A DNA stretch of 62,919 nucleotides, the filler included, from Octopus bimaculoides (lineage: Eukaryota): assembly GCF_001194135.2 (NCBI RefSeq). It is 4 parts of 4 records of this genome, joined end to end, with 100 filler letters (N's around TTAATTAATTAA, not from the genome) between each part and the next. Parts side by side here need not be neighbours in the genome. Positions count along the whole stretch, not along the records: positions 1 to 30,417 come from NC_068985.1; 3 more parts are not named here. The stretch is one strand, 5' to 3'. The translations under genes were made by a program, and so were the position numbers. The notes below the pieces were generated by a model that had not been told where the DNA came from, made no database searches, and worked only from the letters and a program-made list of their open reading frames with translations. Shown piece after piece: positions 12,407 through 25,865 of this stretch. Numbering within the stretch: the stretch's first letter is position 1; every line of letters begins with the position of its first letter.

Positions 12407-12549
12407 TATATATAAACATATACATATATACCGCAACCTTCAACATTTTCTGTCCAAAAGGGTTTTCAACCCAATATTTATATGCTATCATTTATAACTT
12501 TAAATGTACTTCAAGATCAACTGTCTAAAAGACACACACACACTTGCAG

Positions 12550-12935
12550 ACGCAGGAATGGTTGCGTGGGTAAGAAGTTTGCTTCCTAACAACACGGTTC
12601 CGTGTTCAATCCCACTGCGTGGCACCTTGTGCGAGTGTCTTTTATCTTCTACGATAGCACCGACCAAAGCATCGTGAGTAGATTTAGTATACGGAAACTA
12701 AAAGAAACCCGTCACGCGTGCGCACATCTTTAAGTCTGTCTTTGTTCTTACCACTGCTTGACAACCGGTGTCGGTTTGTTTATGCCTCCGTAACCAAGCT
12801 GTCCGGCAAAAGAGACCGATAGAATAAGTATCAGGCTTTAAAACGAAATAAGCATTGGGTGCGATTTGTCCGACTAAACCCTTCAAGGCGATACCCCAGT
12901 ATGGCCGAAGTCCATTGATTGAAACTAGTAAAAGA
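12550..12935 (+). mobile_element. SINE family A
   Basis: Head, body and tail match the other A copies. Confidence 0.8.
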
Positions 12936-13435
12936 TAAAATGATAATATCTTAATTTAATTTCCTGACGGTTTGATAATTTCAGACAGTGAATAAAATTC
13001 TGAAATTAATAAGCAACAAACTTTTTGGTAGATAGCAGACATAAATTATTGTCTTGTCTACTTTCATTATCGATGAAAACGTAAATTTCAATTTAAAACT
13101 AATAAAGACATTTATTTTCGTCTCACTTCTCGATGTTCGCAGACATCAATAAAACTTTAACTAACGAGAGAGCCCAATCTCGACCCGTAAGGAATAACAG
13201 CTAAACCTCCTTCAAATCACACCATTCTGTCTTGAAATAAAGAATGGCCACATAAAACAGTCCAGAATATATTATATTTGAATGGAAAAAAACAGAAAAA
13301 AAAAACTATTTCAACAAACGACTGGGATAATCGCGGATAGAATACTTTTGATCATAGTTCTGTTCAGTTTTGACTGACCTGTGATTAAACGGAATGGAAA
13401 CAATGATAAACATACATACACTTACATATATACAT

Positions 13436-13785
13436 TGTTGTTGGCACTCCGCCGCTTACGACGTCGAGGGTTCCAGTTGATCCGATCAACGGAATAGCAT
13501 GATTGTGAAATTAACGTGCAACTGGCTGAGCACTCCACAGACACGTGTACCCTTAACGTAGTTCTCGGGGATATTCAGCGTGACACAGTGTGACAAGGCT
13601 GACCCTTTGAATTACAGGCACAACAGAAACAGGAAGTAAGAGTGAGAGAAAGTTGTGGTGAAAGAGTACAGCAGGGTTCGCCACCATCTCCTGCCGGAGC
13701 CTCATTGAGCTTTAGGTCTGGGAATCGAAACCGCGATCCTATGACCGCGAGTCTGCTGCCCTAACCACTGGGCCATTGCGCCTCC
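13436..13785 (-). mobile_element. SINE family C (short internal deletion)
   Basis: Nearly identical to 11907-12287 but lacks gttttcgctcaataaacactcacaacgcccg. Confidence 0.88.
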
Positions 13786-14094
13786 ACACATATATACATA
13801 TACAAGCACAAAAAAGCATACATGTAAGTTTATATGTCATGTATATAAATTTAAATGCGAATATNNNNNNNNNNNNNNNNNNNNNNNNNNNNNNNNNNNN
13901 NNNNNNNNNNNNNNNNNNNNNNNNNNNNNNNNNNNNNNNNNNNNNNNNNNNNNNNNNNNNNNNNTTTACTAAAAGGACAATTATAACAATATACATACAT
14001 GTATGACATATTATACATATATAATATATATGATATATAAAATATAAAATATCAGTAATTATTAAAATATAACATATAGCAACAGAAATTGGGA

Positions 14095-14226
14095 TAATAT
14101 CTTACAGCTGTTTCAGCCAAGAGGCAAAAATACCTCATTCTACCTTTATCCCTCCAGTGGACTGAAGTAATTAGTAGATGAAATTGAGGTACTTGGGTAT
14201 TTCTCTAGGCTTCGTCAGAGATTTTA
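14095..14226 (-). ncRNA. Type I hammerhead ribozyme with long stem II
   Basis: Minus strand: TAAAATCT-CTGACGA-AGCC-(89 nt)-GGCT-GAA-ACAGCTGT-A-AGATATTA. Full core, stem I 7/8 bp, palindromic stem III, GUA cleavage triplet. Confidence 0.8.
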
Positions 14227-16424
14227 GAAAGTACATAAGGTTAAGTTATAAATATAGATACACACATATATACATACCTTTACATATACATAGATACACA
14301 TAAATACATATATCTACACTTAAATGTACATACATAAATGCATGTATATGCATACAAATGAATCAATTATTATTATTATTAGATGCATTATATTATTCAT
14401 ATTAGATAAAATATAAACAGAGGTATGAAAAAGTTATAAGAGGAGTAATATTGTAATTGATAAAATCAATATATCTTAAAATTATTTTAGTTATGCAAGA
14501 TTGAAACTGTGTATACATGAGGAGCACACACACACATATATATATACATATGTAATTCCATACAAACATACTCATAGGTACATATGTATAAAATGTGTTT
14601 AGAAGNNNNNNNNNNNNNNNNNNNNNNNNNNNNNNNNNNNNNNNNNNNNNNNNNNNNNNNNNNNNNNNNNNNNNNNNNNNNNNNNNNNNNNNNNNNNNNN
14701 NNNNNNNNNNNNNNNNNNNNNNNNNNNNNNNNNNNNNNNNNNNNNNNNNNNNNNNNNNNNNNNNNNNNNNNNNNNNNNNNNNNNNNNNNNNNNNNNNNNN
14801 NNNNNNNNNNNNNNNNNNNNNNNNNNNNNNNNNNNNNNNNNNNNNNNNNNNNNNNNNNNNNNNNNNNNNNNNNNNNNNNNNNNNNNNNNNNNNNNNNNNN
14901 NNNNNNNNNNNNNNNNNNNNNNNNNNNNNNNNNNNNNNNNNNNNNNNNNNNNNNNNNNNNNNNNNNNNNNNNNNNNNNNNNNNNNNNNNNNNNNNNNNNN
15001 NNNNNNNNNNNNNNNNNNNNNNNNNNNNNNNNNNNNNNNNNNNNNNNNNNNNNNNNNNNNNNNNNNNNNNNNNNNNNNNNNNNNNNNNNNNNNNNNNNNN
15101 NNNNNNNNNNNNNNNNNNNNNNNNNNNNNNNNNNNNNNNNNNNNNNNNNNNNNNNNNNNNNNNNNNNNNNNNNNNNNNNNNNNNNNNNNNNNNNNNNNNN
15201 NNNNNNNNNNNNNNNNNNNNNNNNNNNNNNNNNNNNNNNNNCATCAGCTGCCACCATTATAACACTGGCGTTTCGAAGAGTTAGGGTAGAACCGTTAACA
15301 CACCGGGCAAAATACTTAGTGGCAGTTAGTTCGTCTTCGTTCTTTACATACATTTCAAATTTTGGCATAAGGCTAGCAATTTCGGGGGAGAGGATAAGTC
15401 GATTGCATCGACCCCCAGTGTTCAACTGGTACTTATTTTATCAACCTTGCAAGGATGAAAGGCAAATCAACCTTCGGCGTAATTTGAACTCAGAACGTAA
15501 AGACGTACGAGATACATACGCGTATACATACATACATACAAACATACATACATACATACATACATACATACATACTTATATACATAGATACATGCATACA
15601 TACAAACGGTGTAAATGTGGTTTTCGCTTTTAAAACTCAGAAAATTTATACAAATTATTCAATGGCGGGAGTATAGGTTGTACCCTGAATTTAGTGTTCA
15701 TGCTACTTCCGGTTTCCGTATGTATAAGACCCGACACTCTGATGAAAGACAGTTGCCTCAGGCTCCACACTGTGGGTTCGAACCCAGAGCAACATCCATC
15801 TATAACTTACAACCATGCCGACGCCTATGTATGTTGGATGTGGGAACATACAGTGTAAATGTATATATATATATATACTGCTGATGGCATTATCGCTGTG
15901 TTCGTTTACATGGTATGTATGTTTACGTTGCCTCGTATGTCTCACTGTCTATGTACGTATGAGAGAATGTGAGAATCTATGTAATGGCTTTCATTTAATA
16001 AAAGAAATTTCGAAAAAAAACTTTAAACAGAAAATGTAGTTCCAAAGCTATTAAAGAAAAAGTCGACCACTTAAAGGATTATCATTATTATTATTATCAT
16101 CATCATTATTATTATTATATAAAAGCATGTTTACTACACAGCAGCTCAATGCAAGTCTCCACCACACAATCTATCCATCACTTTAAAAAAAATAGAGGAA
16201 TTAATCAAATATTAATTTTATATTTTAATGATGTCGACAGAAATATATGATGTTTACTGAATAAGGCTTAATTTGTAAGTTTCCTCGAAATATGTGATTA
16301 CAATAAGCTTAAGTAGGAAGGGAAAAAAATCTAAGTAAATATATTTATTATCAACTGTCTTTTCACAATTGCATAAAGAACATACACTAACACTCACGTC
16401 TATATATATGTATTTGTATATGTA

Positions 16425-16800
<376 letters not shown>

Positions 16801-17499
16801 TATACGTACTTTGATATGTAGACACACATACCTATATCTACAGACTCCCACGCGTGTACACGCATACATGCAGAAGGTAATTAGTCACGCCCCTCACAAA
16901 GTTCATTATAATTAATCTTTCTGAGGTAATTTTTACGAAAAGTGCTCAACAATTTTTCAGGAAGCCATGTTTGGGGCTATGACGTAAGTACATAACAATG
17001 AAACGATATTCAGATAGAACTCACACACATGCCTCGTTCCTCCAGGTTCAGGCGATTCCTCTGTTTGATGAGGATTGCGTTTGCATGGCTGCAACCAGCT
17101 TTCATCATGTAAGAGCTGGGAAATGCTAGAAGGGGTGGTTCAGCCGCCGCTTTTTGTGCCAAAAGTCACTCAGACTTCTGATCTCAAAAAGGGCTTTCGC
17201 CGCAATATCGACACTCAAATCAGACAGTTTGCTGATAGAGCGCACAAAGTCCTGGGGTCGATTTGCTCGACTAAAGGTGGTGCTCCTGCATGGCCACAGT
17301 CAAATGACTGAAACAGGTAAAAGAGTATGTATATATATATTTATGTGCGAGTGTGTATGTTCTCCCAGCATCACTTGACAACCTATGTCGGTGTGTTTAC
17401 GTCACTGTAACTTAGTGGTTCGGTAGAAGGGACCAATAGCATAAACACCAGACTTACAAAGAATAAGTCTAGGCATATTACAGCACAAAGGACAGCGTA

Positions 17500-17897
17500 G
17501 CGTCCGAGTGATCAACATTCCAGCTTCACAAATCCAACACCTACCATGACTTATCAACAAAAACGTTTATGAGATGTGTATTTAATATCCTTTCTCCCCT
17601 GGCAGGCCTGGTCATTTCCATAAGCAAACACTTGACAGTCTGCATCCCTTGAATCACGCCTCTCAATCTTCAATTTCGATACAGACTACGACTAGGCCTC
17701 GAACATTAGCCGCAGCAGGACTTCTCGCTACAGTGAAAATTTATCATATTTTCCCTCGTTTCATGGCGCTGACTAAATATTTCAAGCAGTTCATCTGGGC
17801 GAACTGTTCTTTCGCAAGACCCCTTGGTTATCATCGACCCACTGTAATTCTTCGCCGACCCCTAGGGGGTCCCTCAGATCCATTTTGGCGACCCCTG
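17500..17897 (-). mobile_element. Possible hAT-like transposon end
   Basis: Minus strand starts CAGGGGTCGCCAAAATGG, a hAT-type terminus. No partner TIR or clear ORF found. Confidence 0.3.
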
Positions 17898-18961
17898 ATA
17901 TATATAAATCACACAGGTAACACGAGTAAGATAATGAAGCAAAGAGAAGACAGCCAAATAATGCATGGAAGCACGTACCTAAAAAGCGTAGGAATATAAA
18001 GTGAAAAGATAGCAATCAAAGGAATGTACAATGAAGATAAATAAGCACAAATTCAGTATCCTGCATTTTTCTTCTCTAATACTTTTGTTTTCTCTAATAC
18101 TTTTCCTTCTCTTTGATAAAGAATACCACCGAAATATGAGATTCAGTTCAGTCTCTTCCTTTGGCGTTTTATCTCCGCTGTATGCTTCATTGATTGTTGC
18201 TTGCTCGCTTTAAATTTGTCTTTTTTTTTCTTTTACAGTTACATGCTTTCGCTCTTTTGACACCGTATATTTATATTTGTTTATCTCTTACTCATGTTAT
18301 TTGTATGATAATCTGTATATTTCTCTCTCTACCCCCCCCCTCTCTCTCTCTCTCTCTTTCTATCTCTCACCGGGTTTTGGAAAAGTTTATAGTTGAGCTT
18401 AGAATTGTAAGGAGTGATAGGTCTTTTTTTATTTAGGTGAGATGAAATCACTGTTTAGAAGTTTGTGGAGTTGGTATTCATTCACTGTCGTGTACAATAT
18501 CGCTTCCGCTGGGTATTTGTCATTCACTATAGGATACAACGTCACTTTCGTTGGGTAGTTATGATTTTCTTCCACCTGTTGGGAGATATCGATCTTTCGG
18601 TTCTTTGGTGGTGTAGGGTTAAGATGTGAATATTTTCCCGTTAATTTCTTTGCAACACATTGGGTTTCATTATATGTAGTATTATTTCGCTAGTATTTTT
18701 TTTAGTAGTATTCAATGTTTAAGATTTGTAAATGTATATATTGATTTAAATTACATATATATTTTTTCATTCAATAATTAAAGGTAATCTGAGTTGTTCC
18801 TAAGTAACGAACTCGTTGGCCGTTTAACTATAATGGATTACTTAGTCTCTATGTTGTTATGATAAGTTATTAGTTATTTGCTTTAATCATAGATGCATGC
18901 ATGTATGTATGTATGTATGTATGTACGTATGTATGTACGTATGTATGCATGCATGTATGTA

Positions 18962-19017
<56 letters not shown>

Positions 19018-19394
19018 CATATGATTTTTGAAGTTTAGCTTCATTTCCTTTTTTTATATTTTATTGTTTTACTTTTAATAAACACTTTATTTGATAAAAA
19101 TATTTTATAGTATTGAACTTGTTTCATAAAAATTGATCTAAACTTGTTCTTTTCCTTGTACATTGTTCAAGAACGTTGTTTACGAGATGTACCGTTTCTC
19201 TAGTCTTTACTAGGCTTGTTTTTAATGTATCATATTGATTGAGAAGCAAACTACCTAATTGTCTATCTTTGTTGTATTGTTCGAATGTCCTTTTTGGAAT
19301 TAGTTCTTTGTTGCAAGTAATATTTTGGATCTATACTTTATCACTGTTTGTTTACTCTTATGTTTACTCTTATTCATAGTAAGAAGCTGGTGGA

Positions 19395-19600
19395 TTCCCA
19401 GGCAGCATTTAGATTTTTAACGCCGTTGACACCGCCGAATTGAGTGGTACTGCCCAGGTGTCGAAACCAAAGTGATGTCCGTTTGGCAGCTGATGATGGG
19501 AATACGCACTTGTTATTCTTGACTGTCGATTCCTTATATCTTAGTTTCGATATTCTGAGTTGCCCTGAACTCTTGTAAAATGGAAAGTATTTGTAGATTC
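19395..19600 (-). mobile_element. Possible Penelope-like GIY-YIG C-terminal remnant
   Basis: Minus frame SAYSHHQLPNGHHFGFDTWAVPLN resembles the SA..EH....GH.F.F motif. Short and degenerate. Confidence 0.3.
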
Positions 19601-20059
19601 ATTGTTTGCGGGGATCACTTACATTGGTATTATTTGCTTTTCTTCGTAGTTAACCTAATTAGGCTTGGACAATACTTAGATATTAGTGTCTTAATATCAG
19701 TAGGTTCTGTGGCACTCACGCACGCACGCACGCACGCACGCACNNNNNNNNNNNNNNNNNNNNNNNNNNNNNNNNNNNNNNNNNNNNNNNNNNNNNNNNN
19801 NNNNNNNNNNNNNNNNNNNNNNNNNNNNNNNNNNNNNNNNNNNNNNNNNNNNNNNNNNNNNNNNNNNNNNNNNNNNNNNNNNNNNNNNNNNNNNNNNNNN
19901 NNNNNNNNNNNNNNNNNNNNNNNNNNNNNNNNNNNNNNNNNNNNNNNNNNNNNNNNNNNNNNNNNATATATATATATTTAAGGAAAAAGTAAAAGAGTCA
20001 AAAGGAAGAGTAAATACGGTTAGGCAGCTTTTTTAATCACTACAAATGTTTCGATACAA

Positions 20060-20460
20060 TACGATTAACTACATATGCCGTAGAAAATCCGTATGTCCGC
20101 TCCTGAACCAATGTGCTCAAAAAAGCATAGTATATAAATGCATAATCTGCACATCTCAACATAATTACGTGTACATAGGTGCCACTGGAAACCAATTCAA
20201 AGTCCGTTATCGAAACCATACCTCGTCACTCCGAAAAATAAATAGACGGCACGCAACCTCGCTGGTAGATCTCATATGGGGATTGAAAGAATCAAAACTT
20301 AAATTCATAATAGAATGGTCAAAAATAAAAAAAAAACTCACATCCAGTACTTAGCTATCCGGCAAATGTGACCTTTACCTTGATGAAAATCTAGTGAAAT
20401 AAACATGATGAGAACATTTCAAGATGTAACCACCGTGCAAAATATGCATTTTCAAAATGG
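20060..20460 (+). mobile_element. Penelope-like element GIY-YIG endonuclease fragment
   Basis: CRRKSVCPLLNQC..SIVYKC...YVYIGATGNQFKVRYRNHTSS..HATSLVDLIWGLK...IEW, then degenerate C.L.L.E. Confidence 0.82.
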
Positions 20461-20744
20461 AACAGTGTATAAATTATTTTCTCACTCATTTTCTCTTCAT
20501 TTTTTCACTCGCCACCTCTCTTTATAATTGCTCCAAATCAAATGATCCGGGTTTGCTACTAACTTTTATCAAACAGTTATTCCTCTGACTTCACTGCTCC
20601 AGTTCTTTTATGTTTTCATATACAAGCAGCTGAAATGGAATTCCACTGAAGGGTCTCTGGAATAACGTTACTTGCCAGGATGGATACATAGCTCAGAGAT
20701 CAGAGAGTTTCTCTATGTCGAGCCGTTACTGCTTCGTACTGAGA

Positions 20745-20960
20745 GGTCACAAATCCGATACTTTGGACACATGACTAAAATGTTGCGGATTCTTCGAGTC
20801 GAACCAATAGCCAGGAGACCCGGGGATAGAGCAAAAACGAGATGATGGGATAATATCAACTGTCTCAGTTTATTAAACTTAAGAATCCAACCAGACAGTT
20901 TAATGACAGTTGCTTGTGATAGGACCCTATGGAAGCAGTGCCCGAAGACTCTATCCTCAT
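20745..20960 (+). mobile_element. RTE-clade LINE 3' fragment
   Basis: QIRYFGHM....RRPGDRAKTR*WDNI...ACDRTLWK, matching the RTE ORF2 C-terminal pattern. Confidence 0.55.
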
Positions 20961-21703
20961 AACTCAGGAATAGCGGGCGGCGGAAATCGATGGATAGCTG
21001 TTTGCTCAATGAGCTAGACCGATAAATATCCGGATCTGAAGTGGTGTCTAAAACGGAATGGCTGTTTTCTGAGTGACTTGACTGCCAGGCAGGACGTAAT
21101 ATGTTAATAAATACGATGACCATTCAAGCGAAAAACAAAATTTTTGATGACTATTTGCAGAAAGTTAGAAACGTAATTTCTGATACAAAATCTTATTGAT
21201 AGTTAAAGTCTGGTATGAAACGTTTAAGAGCTGTATTAATTTGCGCAATACTAAAATGACCGTTTAAGATGCCAGTGCTGATCTAGAAGTTGATATTAAT
21301 TATCCAGCGGAAGTGAAGAAAATTATATCTGAAAGAGGCTATAAACAAAAATATTATTAATAGCTTAGTCCAAAATATATAATTAAGAATGTTTTATAAA
21401 TTTCCTGTTGACTTAGACGCTACGTTTTGCCTAAGCTTCCTGAATAAAACGTTAGGAGAAACTTAAATTTCCATTCAACACGATATTTACAATAAATTTT
21501 TCTCTACCTTTCCTATTCAGTATTCAATCAGTAACTCTTTTATTTTTTTATCTTATTCGTTTCAGTCATTTGACGGCGGCCATGCTGGAGCACCGCCTTT
21601 ATAGTCGAGCAAATATATACATATAGTTGAAATTTATAGAAAAACATGAGACGAAGACAGGTGTATGAACAACAAGCAAGTTGACGCCCGGGAAAATGAA
21701 TGT

Positions 21704-21739
21704 CTTTTATGTTTCGAGCCTACGCTCTTCAACAGAAAG
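21704..21739 (-). ncRNA. Minimal hammerhead-like motif, non-canonical or decayed
   Basis: Minus strand: CTTT-CTGTTGA-A-GAGC-gtag-GCTC-GAA-ACAT-A-AAAG. Stems I and II intact; A6 is U and stem III is ACAT instead of ACGT. Confidence 0.55.
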
Positions 21740-22136
21740 GAATAGAGGAAAATAAGCAAAGAGAGAATGAAAGAAACTTGTAGATTTCAGCGGGTCCAGC
21801 NNNNNNNNNNNNNNNNNNNNNNNNNNNNNNNNNNNNNNNNNNNNNNNNNNNNNNNNNNNNNNNNNNNNNNNNNNNNNNNNNNNNNNNNNNNNNNNNNNNN
21901 NNNNNNNNNNNNNNNNNNNNNNNNNNTATATATATATATATATATAAATGCATTTTACATTTGACGTAATGTTCACATTGCTTAAATAAATGGAGTCGCA
22001 TGAAACGATTGTACTGCATTAACTTTGAATATCCTTGTTGCTTATTTTGATTATATATATATATATATATATTTACATTAATCTGATGTGTTACTCTATA
22101 CTTTTGTAGAGTACAGGTTTATTATTCTTATATACG

Positions 22137-22229
22137 AGAATGCTGCTGACAGTGACTTCGAAGTTTCGGACCGCTAAGCGACAATGGCTTAGCTACCCGA
22201 AACTTCGAAGTCATTGTCAACAGCATTCT
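22137..22229. repeat. 93-nt near-perfect inverted repeat (tiny MITE or pre-miRNA-like hairpin)
   Basis: Arms 22137-22169 and 22197-22229 pair with 2 differences. Inner stem GCTAAGC/GCTTAGC closes a 7-nt loop. Confidence 0.9.
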
Positions 22230-22869
22230 TATACACGTACATGGAGTACGAAGTTTCATACCAAAGTGATGCTTGTTGCATAAATTGTAAGATACGCAAC
22301 ACCAGCTTAGCTAATCTTCAGAAGAACAGTTGGTTTCTGAGAATACACACACACACGAGAGCTAGGGAAAACAAATTTCAGCGCCCATCAGAAAGGCAGT
22401 TGGAAAAGGTAAAGCTACGGCTTTTTGCCACTGGAAGTCAGAAAGTATCACTTCCAGTTTGTGGGTATCGTAATGAACCAGAAAGTAAAATTGTAGGAGA
22501 AACCGAGAGAGGAAACTTTAAGTTCAATTATGGACTAAAATCTACTAAATCTACCAATCTTCATTTTTAACCCTTTGAAAATTATTTAGCCTACGTGACA
22601 ATAATATTTAAACTTAAAAAATTATGCCAACATCTTCCCAAAATGTTCTCTGTAATATAATCAACAAAATAAAGCGCACAAATAACATTTGATAAGCTAA
22701 AACTCAAAAGATCTTTGAATATAAGCAAACAAATATATTGCCAACTTATATATTAAATTTGATTTCAAACAGATACAGAAAAAATACTTATTTTTCTACG
22801 TTAAATGAAGTAAACACATCAATAGAATATAGCTACTAATCTTTAATGTGGAAGACAGAAAAGATATCT

Positions 22870-23300
22870 TAATCCTACAGAAGCCTTACATCACTCTAAA
22901 AGACCACAAATTTAATTTGTCCAACTACCCGTCTATTACAGTTATTAATCCTTTAAAACTGACATCAAGACGTGAGTAAATCTATAATTGATTAATATAT
23001 TCTTGAGTATGTTTTATTTCTAGTTTGATAAATGTGGTTGTTCTTCATCTCTTTCTAAATATATCCTTATCGATTCTATTAATTTTGCGAGTAGTATCAC
23101 CATCTTCCCAACTAACCAGCTAATATTGAGACAATACTCCAAGTTAAAAAAATTCATTTTCCCTTTTAACAACACGCCTTGGATAAAAAAGCAAAATACT
23201 AGATATTTTGACGTGAGTATGGGAGCAAAGGATCCTGCGGAATTAAGTGACTTAGCTGCATCACTTATATTAAGGTCACTATATGAGAGATCCTTTTCAT
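22870..23300 (+). mobile_element. Penelope-like element RT fragment
   Basis: PYITLKDHK.N....I..INP and PWIKKQNTRYFDVSMGAKDPAELSDL, matching the PLE RT FDV.MGS.DGAE motif. Confidence 0.72.
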
Positions 23301-23308
23301 ACCTGACG

Positions 23309-23340
<32 letters not shown>

Positions 23341-23946
23341 NNNNNNNNNNNNNNNNNNNNNNNNNNNNNNNNNNNNNNNNNNNNNNNNNNNNNNNNNNNN
23401 NNNNNNNNNNNNNNNNNNNNNNNNNNNNNNNNNNNNNNNNNNNNNNNNNNNNNNNNNNNNNNNNNNNNNNNNNNNNNNNNNNNNNNNNNNNNNNNNNNNN
23501 NNNNNNNNNNNNNNNNNNNNNNNNNNNNNNNNNNNNNNNNNNNNNNNNNNNNNNNNNNNNNNNNNNNNNNNNNNNNNNNNNNNNNNNNNNNNNNNNNNNN
23601 NNNNNNNNNNNNNNNNNNNNNNNNNNNNNNNNNNNNNNNNNNNNNNNNNNNNNNNNNNNNNNNNNNNNNGAGCTTGAAATAATTACCTAAATTAGCATAA
23701 AATGATGGTTTCATATTTTTTTAGAATTAAGATTTAAGCTGTTAATATATGAATGCGAAAGTGAAAAAAATATGAAACCATTATTCTATGTTAACTTAGG
23801 TAATTATTTCAAGCTCCCTTTCAAGCTCGACTTTGCCTTTCATCCTTTCGGAGTCGATAAAATAAGTACCAGTTGAACACTTCGGGTCGATGTAATCGAC
23901 TCATCCCCTCCCCCAAAATTGCTGCCCTTGTGACAAAATTTGGAAC

Positions 23947-24016
<70 letters not shown>

Positions 24017-24099
24017 TTTATCATGATAATAATAAAACTATTATATGCTACTTTGGTTGGCAGGGATGTCGACTGGAAGTTTGGTACGACAAATTGCTG

Positions 24100-24420
24100 A
24101 CAATAGCAAGAATCATAAGAAAGATTCTTGCAAAATACAGGACGGCACTTTTCTGAAGGTCTCATTTCCAGTATCCTTCAGACCCTTAGGTAGCAGTTTG
24201 GATGTTGTACCTAGTCTACCAATAACATCAGAAATAACTGTTGTCGTAGTCTTCCACATTCTCTTCAACTCTTTGGCTAGGTTCCAATACTTCTCAACTT
24301 TTTCAGTTTCCTTAATATCCTCTCTGTAATCTTATGGTATTGCAAAGCCAATGATCGTGCTTTTTTGTTCTCTATAACCATCATGTCTGGTCTTCCATGA
24401 AATCCTGTTTAATATCTTTC
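24100..24420 (-). mobile_element. RLE-type LINE 3' fragment (diverged)
   Basis: GRPDMMVIENKKSTIIGFAIP...EKVEKYWNLAKELKRMWK..VIGRLGT...LQKSAVL: RPD and K..KY endonuclease motifs. Confidence 0.7.
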
Positions 24421-24551
24421 ACCATAACATGGATCATGTTCATACCACTTCTACTTTCAATCCATACATTCGCCTAACATCCCAATGCACTCTTTTACTA
24501 CAACTGCTACAATTACTACTACTGTCGTTGCTGCTGCTGCTGCTGTTGGTA

Positions 24552-24621
<70 letters not shown>

Positions 24622-24639
24622 TACTATTGTTGTTAGTAT

Positions 24640-24925
24640 TTTCATGTACACAACAGATTAGACTGTTGGAAAAGAAAAATTCCTAACATCAGGCTACAAC
24701 AAGTAACCTTAGATGCCAAGAACCCTCCTTAGTATCCTAGCTGTCCCTAAAAACACTGTTTTCTGGAGCTGAACTAAACTGGTTTTTATGCCTATTTCTT
24801 CTATCCATCTGTTCAAATCTTTAGGTATAGTTCCCAATGCACCTATAACTATTGGGATACATTTTACCCGCACTTTCCATAGTCTCTGTAATTCAATGGC
24901 TAGGTCCTGGTACTTTGCTATTCTT
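24640..24925 (-). mobile_element. RLE-type LINE 3' end (intact reading frame to stop at 24709)
   Basis: IAKYQDLAIELQRLWKVRVKCIPIVIGALGTIPKDLNRWIEEIGIKTSLVQLQKTVFLGTARILRRVLGI*, then a short UTR and an (ACT)n tail. Confidence 0.85.
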
Positions 24926-25504
24926 TTTTTTTTTGCTATTTCTTCTTATACCTCGTTGTTATTATTGTCATTATAATTATTATTATCATTATTATTGGCT
25001 GAATCGCTAGGACGCCGGGGAAAATGCTCAGCGGTATTTCGCCCGCCTGAGTTCAAATTCCACCAAGGTCGACTTTGCCTGTCATCCTTTCGGAGTGAAT
25101 AAAATAAATATCATTTGATCACTGTGGCCGATGTAATCAACTGCCCTACTCCGCTAAACTTTCAGGCCTTGTGCTTATAGTAGAAAGGATTATTATTTAT
25201 TATTACTATTATTATTGTTATTATTATTGTTGCTGATTCACATAGTGTAAAGACGTCTTTTGAAATTTTCTTTTCAAGTATTCATTTCAAGTATTACGAA
25301 AATGTAATTACCATTGAAGTACTTGTAAAAAAAGTATAATTACCTCAAGAAGAACTGCCATTGAATGATAACCGGAGGTAAGCAACAAAGAAAAAAAAGA
25401 GGTTTGTTTCGTAAACCTTTACAATTTTGTTTACACCATGTTACATTTTCACATCCAAAAATGGCCACCACACACAATTCTACTACAAAACTAAGCATTA
25501 TGAT

Positions 25505-25689
25505 ATATTTTATCTTTTACTTGTTTCAGTGACTGGACTGCGACCAGGCCGTGGTCCCGCTTTGAAGCGTTTTAGTTGAGCGAATGCATCCTCGTACTTA
25601 CGTTTTCGGTTTCTTAAGCCGAACCGCTAAGTTACGGTGATGTAAACAAATCAACACCAGTTGTCAAACGGTGACTACACACATGCACG

Positions 25690-25767
<78 letters not shown>

Positions 25768-25865
25768 AGGCTTTAGTTGGCCGGTACTCTAGTTAGAAGA
25801 CACTTGCCCAAGGTAGCGTGTTGTGGGACTAAACTTGAAACCACGTGGTTGCAAATCGAACTTAA
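25505..25865 (-). mobile_element. SINE family A
   Basis: Reverse-complement tail, (CA)n, head. Confidence 0.7.

Noticed and set aside
15739-15800. CTGATGA followed by gttcgaac
   Set aside because: No GAAA and no consistent stems I-III. At most a very decayed PLE end.
19485-19535. GGCAG-CTGATGA with a 7-bp stem II-like helix and CTGTC
   Set aside because: GAAA, stem III and the NUH site are missing, and the opposite strand looks like GIY-YIG coding remnant.
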